This document shows positions 8,540 through 16,565 of a DNA stretch of 34,843 nt, piece by piece. A program made the translations under genes and the position numbers. The notes beneath the pieces are model-generated. The model ran no database searches and was not told the origin of the DNA. It saw nothing but the letters and a program-made list of their open reading frames with translations. Origin of the DNA: an uncultured Lentisphaerota bacterium. GTDB lineage: Bacteria; Verrucomicrobiota; Kiritimatiellia; RFP12; UBA1067. The stretch's first letter is position 1, and every line of letters starts with the position of its first letter. The stretch is taken from contig ONWT01000088.1 in NCBI GenBank assembly GCA_900321575.1, positions 1-34,843 on the forward strand, in the 5' to 3' direction.

Positions 8540-9148
8540 ATGGGTCATTTTACAGGTCCGCGCAGCAAGATTGCGCGTCGTTTCGGCGAGCCCGTGTTTG
8601 GGCCCGACAAGGTTCTTGAGAAGCGTCCTTACGCTCCCGGCCAGCACGGTGCGAACAAGCGCCGCAAGAAAATGTCCGAATACGGCGTCCAGCTTCGCGA
8701 GAAGCAGAAGGCCAAGGCCATTTACGGCATGCGCGAAAAGCAGTTCCGTCTGTTCTTCGAGCGCGCGAAGTCGAAGAGCGGGGTCACCGGTGACGCGATG
8801 CTCGCGATGTGCGAGATGCGTCTCGACAATATCGTCTACCGTCTCGGCCTGTCGCCGACGCGTGCTGGCGCCCGTCAGCTCGTGACGCACCGCCATGTCA
8901 CCGTGAACGGCAAGGTTTGCGGCGTTCCCTCCTACATCGTCCGTCCGGGCGAGGTTGTGGCGGTTCGCGAGAAAGACCGTGACATGATCGCGGTTGTCGA
9001 CTCCCTCAAGCAGCACAAGTCGCCTGTGGTGACGTGGCTTGCGTGGGATGATGCGACTGCGCAGGGTACCCTCATCAGCGCTCCCGAGCGCGCGGAGATA
9101 CCCGAGACTCTCGACATGCAGCTCATCGTCGAATTCTTCTCGCGTTAA
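8540..9148 (+). CDS. rpsD: 30S ribosomal protein S4
   Basis: MGHFTGPRSKIARRFGEPVFG...LDNIVYRLGLSPTRAGARQLVTHRHVTVNGK. ATG 8540 is preferred over the track start at 8507, which overlaps rpsK. Confidence 0.95.
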   Translation: MGHFTGPRSKIARRFGEPVFGPDKVLEKRPYAPGQHGANKRRKKMSEYGVQLREKQKAKAIYGMREKQFRLFFERAKSKSGVTGDAMLAMCEMRLDNIVYRLGLSPTRAGARQLVTHRHVTVNGKVCGVPSYIVRPGEVVAVREKDRDMIAVVDSLKQHKSPVVTWLAWDDATAQGTLISAPERAEIPETLDMQLIVEFFSR

Positions 9149-9197
9149 TTCCGGCGGTAATGCCGCTTAAACCATTAATTTGCACAGGAGGTAACAT

Positions 9198-10208
9198 ATG
9201 CCTATCCGCTTGAACAGGTTCGAAATGCCGAAGGCCGTCCAGAAGGACGAGTCCACGGCCACTGCGACGTATTCGCGTTTCGTCGCCGAGCCATTCGAGA
9301 TCGGCTATGCCCGCACGATCGGCAACTCGCTGCGCCGTGTTCTTCTCTCGTCCATCGAGGGGGCCGCTATTTCGTCCGTGAAGATTCGCGGCGTCAGCCA
9401 CGAGTTCGCGACGATCAAGGGCTGCACGGAAGATGTCACCGACATCATCCTCAACTTGAAGCGCGTCCTTCTCAAGACCTACACCCGCGACACCCAGACG
9501 ATCACCCTCAAGGCCCAAGGGCCCTGCACCGTGACGGCCGGCGATTTCGCGGCGGAGAACAACGTGCAGGTGCTGAATCCCCGTCAAGAGATCTGCACGC
9601 TCGATGTCGACGGCACCCTCGAGATGGAGTGCGAGGTTCGCACCGGTCGCGGTTTCTGCCTTGCCGACGGCAACAAGAAGCCTGATCAGGAGATCGGACG
9701 CATCGCGATCGATTCGATATTCTCGCCCGTGACGCGCGTCAATTTCCTCGTTGAGAACACCCGCGTCGGTCAGCGCACCGACTACGAGAAGCTTGTTCTC
9801 GACATCTGGACCGACGGCCGAATCGACCCCGAAGAGGCTTTGAGGACGGCTGCGGCCGTTCTGAGACGCCACATCGACGTGTTCGTCGATTACGGTGCCG
9901 TTGCCGAGGAAGCGACCAAGCTCGAGTTCGAAGACGCCGACAAGAAGGATGTCGACGAGCGCGAGCGTCTCAGGAAGCTCCTCAATATGTCGGTCAACGA
10001 AATCGAGCTTAGCGTTCGCGCGGCCAACTGCCTCAACAACGCCAACATTTCGACCGTCGGCGAGCTCGCCTCGAAGACCGAGGCCGACATGCTCAAGTAT
10101 CGCAACTTCGGCAAGAAGTCTCTTACGGAGATCAAGGCGAAGCTCATCCAGCTCGGCCTTTCGCTCGGCTACAAGTTCGATGCCGATCTCCTCGAATCGA
10201 AGAAGTAA
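9198..10208 (+). CDS. rpoA: DNA-directed RNA polymerase alpha subunit
   Basis: 336 aa. N-terminal domain GNSLRRVLLSSIEGAAI. C-terminal domain IELSVRAANCLNNANISTVGELASKTEADMLKYRNFGKKSLTEIK. AGGAGG Shine-Dalgarno. Confidence 0.97.
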   Translation: MPIRLNRFEMPKAVQKDESTATATYSRFVAEPFEIGYARTIGNSLRRVLLSSIEGAAISSVKIRGVSHEFATIKGCTEDVTDIILNLKRVLLKTYTRDTQTITLKAQGPCTVTAGDFAAENNVQVLNPRQEICTLDVDGTLEMECEVRTGRGFCLADGNKKPDQEIGRIAIDSIFSPVTRVNFLVENTRVGQRTDYEKLVLDIWTDGRIDPEEALRTAAAVLRRHIDVFVDYGAVAEEATKLEFEDADKKDVDERERLRKLLNMSVNEIELSVRAANCLNNANISTVGELASKTEADMLKYRNFGKKSLTEIKAKLIQLGLSLGYKFDADLLESKK

Positions 10209-10220
10209 GGAATCTACAAA

Positions 10221-10628
10221 ATGCGTCATCAGAGAGTTGTCAAGAAATTCGGGCGTTCAACAGCCCACCGTGCGATGCTCATGAAGAGCCTCGTCACGAA
10301 CCTCATCCTCGCGGAGTCGATCAAGACGACCCTGCCGAAAGCCAAGGAAGCGCGCAAGGACGCCGACAAGATCGTGACGATCGCCAAGAAGGGCGATCTC
10401 GCGGCCCGTCGTCTCGCGGCCAGCCGCCTTCTTGACCCGGAGGCCGTCCAGAAGCTCTTCGCGAAAGTCGCGCCGGCCATGAAGGACCGCAAGGGCGGCT
10501 ACACGCGCATCGTGAAGCTCGGCACCCGCAAGGGCGATGCTTCCGAAATGTGCGTACTTCAGTGGTCCTATGTCGGCGAGGCCGTTCAGGCTCCCGCCGC
10601 TGAAGAGCCGGTGAAGGAGGTGAAATAA
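10221..10628 (+). CDS. rplQ: 50S ribosomal protein L17
   Basis: MRHQRVVKKFGRSTAHRAMLMKSLVTNLILAESIKTTLPKAKE...GGYTRIVKLGTRKGD. Confidence 0.96.
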   Translation: MRHQRVVKKFGRSTAHRAMLMKSLVTNLILAESIKTTLPKAKEARKDADKIVTIAKKGDLAARRLAASRLLDPEAVQKLFAKVAPAMKDRKGGYTRIVKLGTRKGDASEMCVLQWSYVGEAVQAPAAEEPVKEVK

Positions 10629-10831
10629 TGGCTATCGTGCTCAAGCTCAAGAAGGGCGAGTCGGTCGAACGCGGACTCAAGCGCATGAAGAAGATCCTCG
10701 ACAAGGAGGGTCTCCTGAAGACGATCCGCGACCAGCGCTACTTTGAAAAGCCTTGTGTCAAGGCGCGCAAGAAATCCCAGCGCGCCCGTATCCGCAACAG
10801 ATCGCGCCGCGGGCGCATGGAGCTCAACTAA
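10628..10831 (+). CDS. rpsU: 30S ribosomal protein S21
   Basis: MAIVLKLKKGESVERGLKRMKKILDKEGLLKTIRDQRYFEKPCVKARKK. Its start overlaps the rplQ stop (TAATG). Confidence 0.9.
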   Translation: MAIVLKLKKGESVERGLKRMKKILDKEGLLKTIRDQRYFEKPCVKARKKSQRARIRNRSRRGRMELN

Positions 10832-10852
10832 GCTCTGTTCTACGGATACTGC

Positions 10853-10887
10853 AAAAGAAGCGCGGTTTTGCCGCGCTTTCTTTTTTT
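10853..10887 (+). terminator. Rho-independent terminator of the ribosomal operon
   Basis: aaaagaagcgcgg-tttt-gccgcgctttc followed by a T7 run. Confidence 0.85.
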
Positions 10888-10901
10888 GTCCGGCGCGGCG
10901 G

Positions 10902-10931
10902 TTGCGCTATAGGAGGAAAATTTGGTATAAT
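10902..10931 (+). promoter_or_regulatory. extended -10 promoter; short-leader or leaderless
   Basis: TTGCGC (10902-10907), 18-nt spacer, TG (10923-10924), TATAAT (10926-10931). The ATG at 10942 is 10 nt past the -10 element, with no Shine-Dalgarno. Confidence 0.6.
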
Positions 10932-10941
10932 TCCACCTGAT

Positions 10942-11499
10942 ATGACAGCTGTTTGGGGTCTTCTACTTGGCGTTCCCATGCTCGCCTTTGGCGGGTTTTC
11001 GTTTGTTTTTCCCGAGAAGGCGTCCGGTTTTGCCGATTGGTTCAAAAGTTCGCGCCGCGTAGCCTTGGCGCTTACGGTCTTTGCCTGGTTCTGGACCGCC
11101 TACGAGTGCGACACAATCGGCATAGACGTTTTCGATATGGTCTTGAAGCGTTTCCCGGGGCAGTTGTGGCTCATGGCGGCGCTTTTGAGCTATTTGACTT
11201 TCATATGGATGCCGGCCAACCTTTCCGTCAGGGCTCTTACCGGGATATTGATGCTTATACCTGCGGAGTTGTTCAAGGCTACCAGACCTGTTCTGCCTGA
11301 TGGCGGCTTCGCGGCGGTACACATTCTCGTCGCTACGGCCTATATCGGCGCCGTGACCGGCATGTATGGAATGTTTTATCCGTGGCGGCTTGAGAAGGGC
11401 ATGGCGTTTTTCCAGAAAAAGGCTTCGCGGATGCGGGCTCTCGGGCTTGGCTTGATATTGTGGGGCATTGCGCTTGTCGGCGCCGGTTTCGCCGCATAA
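10942..11499 (+). CDS. small integral membrane protein of unknown function (about 5-6 TM)
   Basis: 185 aa starting MTAVWGLLLGVPMLAFGGFSFVF, with hydrophobic segments throughout. The track start at 10753 overlaps rpsU and its terminator, so it is rejected. Confidence 0.6.
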   Translation: MTAVWGLLLGVPMLAFGGFSFVFPEKASGFADWFKSSRRVALALTVFAWFWTAYECDTIGIDVFDMVLKRFPGQLWLMAALLSYLTFIWMPANLSVRALTGILMLIPAELFKATRPVLPDGGFAAVHILVATAYIGAVTGMYGMFYPWRLEKGMAFFQKKASRMRALGLGLILWGIALVGAGFAA

Positions 11500-11514
11500 C
11501 TTTAGGAGCAGAAC

Positions 11515-13209
11515 ATGAAAGACATTCTTCTGATACTTACGACGGTTTGCGGCGGACTGGGATTGTTCCTCTTGGGTATGAAGCACCTTTCGGAAGGGTT
11601 GCAGTCCACTGCCGGCGGAGGGCTCAGAAAATTCATGGCCAATGCGACGAGCCATCGTATGGTCGGTGTCGGCATGGGCGTCATTTCGACGATGATTGTC
11701 CAGTCTTCGTCGATCATAACGGTGATGCTTGTCGGTTTTGTGTCCACCGCGCTGTTGACGTTGCCGCAAGCGATAAACGTGCTCATCGGCGCGAATATCG
11801 GCACTACTGCTACAGTATGGATTATCGCCTATGCGCCCAATCCGCAGATGCTCGGCTTCGTCGGCATCGCCATAGGCAGCGTGTTCTACTTTTTCATGCG
11901 CGGCGAGAAGGTGCACAATCTCGGGTTGACGATAATCGGGCTGGGTCTAGTTTTTCTAGGGCTGTACTACATGTCGAAGGGCGTGATGCCGATAAGGGAG
12001 AATCCTGCGATAGCCCGCTATTTTACGGAAATGGACGGTTCGACGCTCGTCGGGTGCGTCAAAGTCGCGGTGGTCGCCATGCTCTTCACGGCGGTCATAC
12101 AGTCCTCCGCGGCGACCGTCGCCATCGCCATGACGCTTGCTTCCCAGCAGCTGATATCGTATGAAGTGGCGATTGCGGTGCTTTTCGGCGCCAATGTAGG
12201 CACAACGGCGACCGGCTGGATCGCCGCCATCGGCGGAACGGCCGACGCCCGACGCACAGCGCTCGCGCATACGCTCTCGAACCTTATCGGGTCGATAGTG
12301 TTTCTGCCGTTTATCGCGGTATTCGTGAAATGCGGGCAGGCCATATTCCCGAACTGGAATGTCGCCGAGACGGTGATCGTCAGCGGACAGCCCACCCAGG
12401 CGCTGACCCATATTACGGCGCCCATAGCGGTCACCGACACGATATTCGCCATTTGCAGAGGCGCGCTGCTGTTCCCGTTCGTGAAAAGCTTTGCCCGCCT
12501 TGTGGAGAAGGTGATTCCGCAGCCGGAGAACGAGAAACCGCACCTTTCGGCACTGAAGTTCGGCGCCAGACTCTCGCCGGTGATTGCGTGCGATCAGGCT
12601 TTGCTGGAAGTAAAGTTCATGAAGGAGAGCAATCTGGAGCTGTTGGATTGCGCGAGAAAGGTGCTTTCCGGCGAGGCTGACGAATCGGTGGAGAACCACA
12701 TAATCCATCGAGAGGACATTTTGGACAATGTGCAGCGGGAAGTAACGGAATTTCTGGGCAGCATAATGACCAAGCGCCTGGCTTTTGACGTTTCCGAGCG
12801 GGCGAGGCGGCTGCTGAGGCTCACCGACGAGCTGGAGTCGGTCTCCGACGAGGCGGCCACGGTTCTAAAGGTGGTTAAGCGCCTGAGATCGCAAAAGCAG
12901 AAAATGTCCGAAATTTCCGTCTCGCTGCTGTTGAGCGTGCACGATCGCGTGGCAGAGTTCGCCGCCAAGGTCACGCCGTGGATTCGCTCGCCGCGACCCG
13001 CCATAGACATCGCAGATGTCCAGTCCGAATCGGCGGCCATACATGAATTGATACGCACCTGCCGCAAGACGCAGCTCGGCAGGGTCGGGCCGGAAGACCC
13101 TGGTTCTTCAATACGGGTTCTTGGCGAGCTGGACATAATAAACGCTTACGAGAGGATACGCGCCTACTACTTGAACATCGCCGAAACGCTTGCCGGCGGC
13201 AAACGGTAG
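11515..13209 (+). CDS. Na/Pi cotransporter family protein with a PhoU-like C-terminal domain
   Basis: LGLFLLGMKHLSEGLQ...MIVQSSSIITVMLVGF...GANIGTT, and a duplicated second half (IQSSAATVAIAM..GANVGTT). A helical soluble C-terminal region follows. Confidence 0.85.
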   Translation: MKDILLILTTVCGGLGLFLLGMKHLSEGLQSTAGGGLRKFMANATSHRMVGVGMGVISTMIVQSSSIITVMLVGFVSTALLTLPQAINVLIGANIGTTATVWIIAYAPNPQMLGFVGIAIGSVFYFFMRGEKVHNLGLTIIGLGLVFLGLYYMSKGVMPIRENPAIARYFTEMDGSTLVGCVKVAVVAMLFTAVIQSSAATVAIAMTLASQQLISYEVAIAVLFGANVGTTATGWIAAIGGTADARRTALAHTLSNLIGSIVFLPFIAVFVKCGQAIFPNWNVAETVIVSGQPTQALTHITAPIAVTDTIFAICRGALLFPFVKSFARLVEKVIPQPENEKPHLSALKFGARLSPVIACDQALLEVKFMKESNLELLDCARKVLSGEADESVENHIIHREDILDNVQREVTEFLGSIMTKRLAFDVSERARRLLRLTDELESVSDEAATVLKVVKRLRSQKQKMSEISVSLLLSVHDRVAEFAAKVTPWIRSPRPAIDIADVQSESAAIHELIRTCRKTQLGRVGPEDPGSSIRVLGELDIINAYERIRAYYLNIAETLAGGKR

Positions 13210-13225
13210 GGCGGGTGCCGAACAA

Positions 13226-13558
13226 ATGGTTTTCGAGGACGGAGAGAACTGGAAGCCGTTAGATCCTCAATCAAGGGGGCGGCATGCCACATTCGCATCG
13301 GCACTTGACGCGGCAGTAGCCGACATGCTCACGGAGAAGAGTCCGTTTTTTGACGCGTTGCCCGACATTTGGCCGACGCTTTTCCCCGGGATCGCGGCCA
13401 AACCCGGAAGATATGAAGACGGAGCGATTGTGCTTTACGTCAAAAATTCCGCTTCGCTGTACATAGTCAGAATGAAACTCGCGCAGATTCGGGCCAAGCT
13501 CGCCGCGCTTCCCGGAGCCCCCAAGGACATAGCGCTCCGATTGGAGGTGCATTCGTGA
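13226..13558 (+). CDS. DUF721 (DciA-like) domain protein
   Basis: IWPTLFPGIAAKPGRYEDGAIVLYVKNSASLYIVRMKLAQIRAKLAALPGAPKDIALRLEV fits the DUF721 pattern (W..ivG..a....P....dG.L.v.v.ssa...el......I...L). ATG 13226 is preferred over TTG 13190. Confidence 0.5.
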   Translation: MVFEDGENWKPLDPQSRGRHATFASALDAAVADMLTEKSPFFDALPDIWPTLFPGIAAKPGRYEDGAIVLYVKNSASLYIVRMKLAQIRAKLAALPGAPKDIALRLEVHS

Positions 13559-15063
13559 GAACGGCGAAGAAACGGTTGGCTGCTTCGTTCGCGTCTGCCG
13601 TAGCGGTCTTTGGGTGCGCGGCGGCTACATTCACGCGGTCCCTCGAACGCGTATCGACAATGGACCCTGCGCAAGGCAGGTCGGTCTACGATGCGCGCGC
13701 ACAGAGGCTGGTATACAAAAGCGTTCTCGAAGTCGATTATCATGCGCGGCCATACAGGGTAGCCCCTTGCGCATGCGGCTTGCCGATGGTTTCCGATGAC
13801 GGCCTTGCATATCGCTTCGAGGTGATAGACGGCGAATTGACGGCCGATGATGTCGTCAGATCGCTGGAGCGGCTTCGCGATCCGGCGGCGGTTTCGCCGA
13901 ACAAATGGGTGCTTAATGACGTAGATTCGATTTCTGCGGTCGATTCGCGCACCGTCGATATACGGCTAAAGAGGAAATGCCACTACTTTCCGTGGCTCAT
14001 GACCATGCCTGCCGCGGCGGTGATGAAAAGCGACGGCTCTGGAACAGGCGCGTTCGTGCTGGACTCATGGTGGAAAAACCACGAGATGGTGTTCAGGCGC
14101 AGGCAACCCGTGCCAGGAATGTTCGACGAAGTGCGATATGTGGTGGTGGACGATGTCTCCACGCAGTGGCTCATGTTCTTGAAGGGCGAAACCGATTTTC
14201 TCGGGGAGATTTCGCGCGACAACTGGGATGCCGTGATAGGGCCCAATGGGGAGCTGGACCCCGCGCTGGCAAAATCTGGCGTAAAACTCTATTCCATCCC
14301 GACACTCGATACTATGTATATCGGCATCAATATGCGCGATCCCGTGCTGGGCGGAAACAAAAAGCTTCGTCAGGCGCTCAATGCAGCCTTCGACTACCCG
14401 GCGTGGGAGCGGTTCTATTCAGGCCGCATAACCAAGGCGGGCGGGCCTGTTCCGCCGGGAATTGCCGGTTTTCTCGATGAACCGTTCGAATATTCATTCG
14501 ATCTCGAAAAAGCGAAGCGCCTCATGGCGGAGGCCGGATATCCCGGCGGAATAGACCCCGCGACGGGACGCAGGTTGGTGCTTACGCTTGCGATAGGGCG
14601 CGCTTCGCAAGACAGCAGAGAGGCCGGGGAGCTTGTCGCAGCTTTTTACGAAAAGATAGGAGTCAAGCTGGAGCTGTCGTTTCAGACGTGGGACGCGTTT
14701 TTGAAGTCGGTCAATGAAGGACGGGTGCAGCTTTATCGCATGGGCTGGGTCGGCGACTATCCCGACGCGCAGAACTTTCTGCAGCTGTTCCACTCGGCGA
14801 ACACGAGTCCGGGGCCGAACCACTCCAACTACGAAAGCGAGGAGTTCGACAAGATGTACGACATGGCGCTCGCGGCGGCTACGGCGGACGAGCGCGAAGA
14901 ATGCTGGCGCGGCTGCCAGAGGATATTGAGGGAGGATTGCCCCTGGGTGTTTACGCATTTCAACAAATCGAACATGCTCGTGCGGCCGACCGTCGGCAAT
15001 TATGTGCCCAGCGTATTCCCCTACGGCGCAGAGGAGCATTATACCGTCATGGAGACCAGATGA
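13555..15063 (+). CDS. ABC transporter substrate-binding protein, family 5 (peptide/nickel type), probable lipoprotein
   Basis: 502 aa. GTGA overlap with the upstream gene. N-terminus ...AVAVFGC is lipobox-like. SBP_bac_5-like motifs are present (YRMGWVGDYPDAQNFLQLFHS). Confidence 0.8.
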   Translation: MRTAKKRLAASFASAVAVFGCAAATFTRSLERVSTMDPAQGRSVYDARAQRLVYKSVLEVDYHARPYRVAPCACGLPMVSDDGLAYRFEVIDGELTADDVVRSLERLRDPAAVSPNKWVLNDVDSISAVDSRTVDIRLKRKCHYFPWLMTMPAAAVMKSDGSGTGAFVLDSWWKNHEMVFRRRQPVPGMFDEVRYVVVDDVSTQWLMFLKGETDFLGEISRDNWDAVIGPNGELDPALAKSGVKLYSIPTLDTMYIGINMRDPVLGGNKKLRQALNAAFDYPAWERFYSGRITKAGGPVPPGIAGFLDEPFEYSFDLEKAKRLMAEAGYPGGIDPATGRRLVLTLAIGRASQDSREAGELVAAFYEKIGVKLELSFQTWDAFLKSVNEGRVQLYRMGWVGDYPDAQNFLQLFHSANTSPGPNHSNYESEEFDKMYDMALAAATADEREECWRGCQRILREDCPWVFTHFNKSNMLVRPTVGNYVPSVFPYGAEEHYTVMETR

Positions 15064-15593
15064 AAACGCTTTACATAGAACGCTCGACCGGCGAGAGCCG
15101 TTCCGGCGATTGGATCAAGAAACTGGATATGTCCGAGCGGCCGGAGCGCATAGTCGTCGGCATCGGGCCGGGTTCGTTCGCCGGCATTCGTGCGGCGCTC
15201 GCGTTTGCGCAAGGATTCGCATTGGGAGCGGGGTGCGAGGTTCTCGGGTTGCCGTCTTCGTGCGCGTTGGCCGAAGCGTCGCGCAAAATCGCGGTTGTCG
15301 GCGACGCCAGGAGAGGCAAGTTCTGGGTGGCGCTCTATGACGGCTACGCCCAGATCGGCGATGTGTTCCAGGTCGATGAAGCCGGGTTGCCAGGCGCGAT
15401 CGGCGAGGACTTCGCGGTAGTGACGCCTGACGCCGCCCGCATAGACGGATTGCTGCGGAAGACATTCGGCGGCCGTTACGAAGGCGGGCGCGTTCCGTCA
15501 GAAGAGGGGCTGCGCGCGTTCGCCGAGGCCAATCCTTCAGTGCTCAGGTCCGAACCGCTGCCGATATATCTCAACCCAGCGGTACGGGATTGA
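15060..15593 (+). CDS. tsaB: tRNA t6A biosynthesis protein TsaB-like (short form)
   Basis: ATGA overlap with the upstream gene. LYIERST...IVVGIGPGSFAGIRAALAFAQGFALG is the TsaB/YeaZ signature. At 177 aa it is shorter than the usual protein. Confidence 0.65.
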   Translation: MKTLYIERSTGESRSGDWIKKLDMSERPERIVVGIGPGSFAGIRAALAFAQGFALGAGCEVLGLPSSCALAEASRKIAVVGDARRGKFWVALYDGYAQIGDVFQVDEAGLPGAIGEDFAVVTPDAARIDGLLRKTFGGRYEGGRVPSEEGLRAFAEANPSVLRSEPLPIYLNPAVRD

Positions 15594-15613
15594 TGCACAG
15601 AATGCAAATAATT

Positions 15614-15622
15614 TGATATAAT
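15614..15622 (+). promoter_or_regulatory. extended -10 element upstream of exbB
   Basis: TGATATAAT (TG 15614-15615, TATAAT 15617-15622), followed by AGGAG (15641-15645) and the ATG at 15650. Confidence 0.55.
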
Positions 15623-15649
15623 ATCACCTAAACCAATCTAAGGAGACAT

Positions 15650-16162
15650 ATGATCGATATTACGTTCGGACAAGCGTGGGAATATGGCGGGCCGCTTATG
15701 TGGGTGCTGGCCGGATTTTCCGTTTTCGGCCTTGCTGTCGCGCTTTATCTTTGGATCGTCCAGGCGCGCTGGGTCTTTCTTCCGGCTGCGCTGAAGCGCC
15801 TTCACGCCGCGAAGGATTGGGTCGCTGAAGGCGCAAGAATCGCGTCCCGCGCCAATGCTGCGGTGGACTGGCTCGCGGACATCGCCGCGATCGCCCCGCT
15901 TGTCGGTCTTCTCGGCACCGTGCTCGGCATGTTCAAGGCGTTCGGCGGAATCGCCAGCGACGTGTCCGCAGGCGCAAAGCCGGTCGTCCTCGCGCAAGGG
16001 GTTTCGCAGGCCATAGTGACCACCATATTCGGTCTTGTCGTCGCCATTCCCGCGCTCGTGATGTACGCGTTCTTCCGTCGCCGTACCGCCAAGCGCATAG
16101 CAGAGCTAGAAGAGGCTGCGGAAGATCTTGTCAGCGGAGCCAACGATGAAGTTCAAAACTGA
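15650..16162 (+). CDS. exbB: MotA/TolQ/ExbB proton-channel family protein (short, 3 TM)
   Basis: APLVGLLGTVLGMFKAFGGI and GVSQAIVTTIFGLVVAIPALVMYAFFRRR are the family signature. Confidence 0.88.
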   Translation: MIDITFGQAWEYGGPLMWVLAGFSVFGLAVALYLWIVQARWVFLPAALKRLHAAKDWVAEGARIASRANAAVDWLADIAAIAPLVGLLGTVLGMFKAFGGIASDVSAGAKPVVLAQGVSQAIVTTIFGLVVAIPALVMYAFFRRRTAKRIAELEEAAEDLVSGANDEVQN

Positions 16163-16565
16163 TTCCAAATCGCGGGCTCCGGCTCTCGCGCTGACATCCA
16201 TGCTGGATGTCATCTTCCTGCTTTTGTGCTTTTTTGTCACGGTAAGCGTGTTCTCGCAGTGGGAGAGCGAGATTTCCATAAAGCTCCCCGCGGCGCGCAC
16301 TTCGGAACAGCTTGAGCGGCTGCCCGGCGAGATAATCGTCAACCTCTCGAAAGAAGGCACGGTGAAGGTCAACGGTTCGATACTGCCGTTGCCGGAGCTC
16401 CGCGACCGTCTTGCGAAGATTTCCAAGTTCTATCCTGGTCAGCCCGTGATAATCCGGGCCGATCGCGAAGTACGCTACGAATCGCTCGTGTCGGTGATCG
16501 ATACCTGCCGCGAAGCGGATGTGTGGAACTTCTCTCTGGCCACGGAAGGGGATTCTGCAAAGTGA
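16146..16565 (+). CDS. exbD: biopolymer transport protein ExbD/TolR
   Basis: LTSMLDVIFLLLCFFV TM helix, then IKLPAA...VNLSKEGTVKVNG...VIIRADREVRYESLVSVIDTCREA. GGAG lies 6 nt upstream of ATG 16146. Confidence 0.88.
   Translation: MKFKTDSKSRAPALALTSMLDVIFLLLCFFVTVSVFSQWESEISIKLPAARTSEQLERLPGEIIVNLSKEGTVKVNGSILPLPELRDRLAKISKFYPGQPVIIRADREVRYESLVSVIDTCREADVWNFSLATEGDSAK

Noticed and set aside
9123-10229. 368-aa minus-strand ORF opposite rpoA; similar ORFs opposite rpsM/rpsK (7539-8501) and the TPR gene (17408-18457; also the + frame 16519-17400)
   Set aside because: All overlap strongly supported genes, lack motifs, and have Arg-rich compositions expected from off-frame translation.
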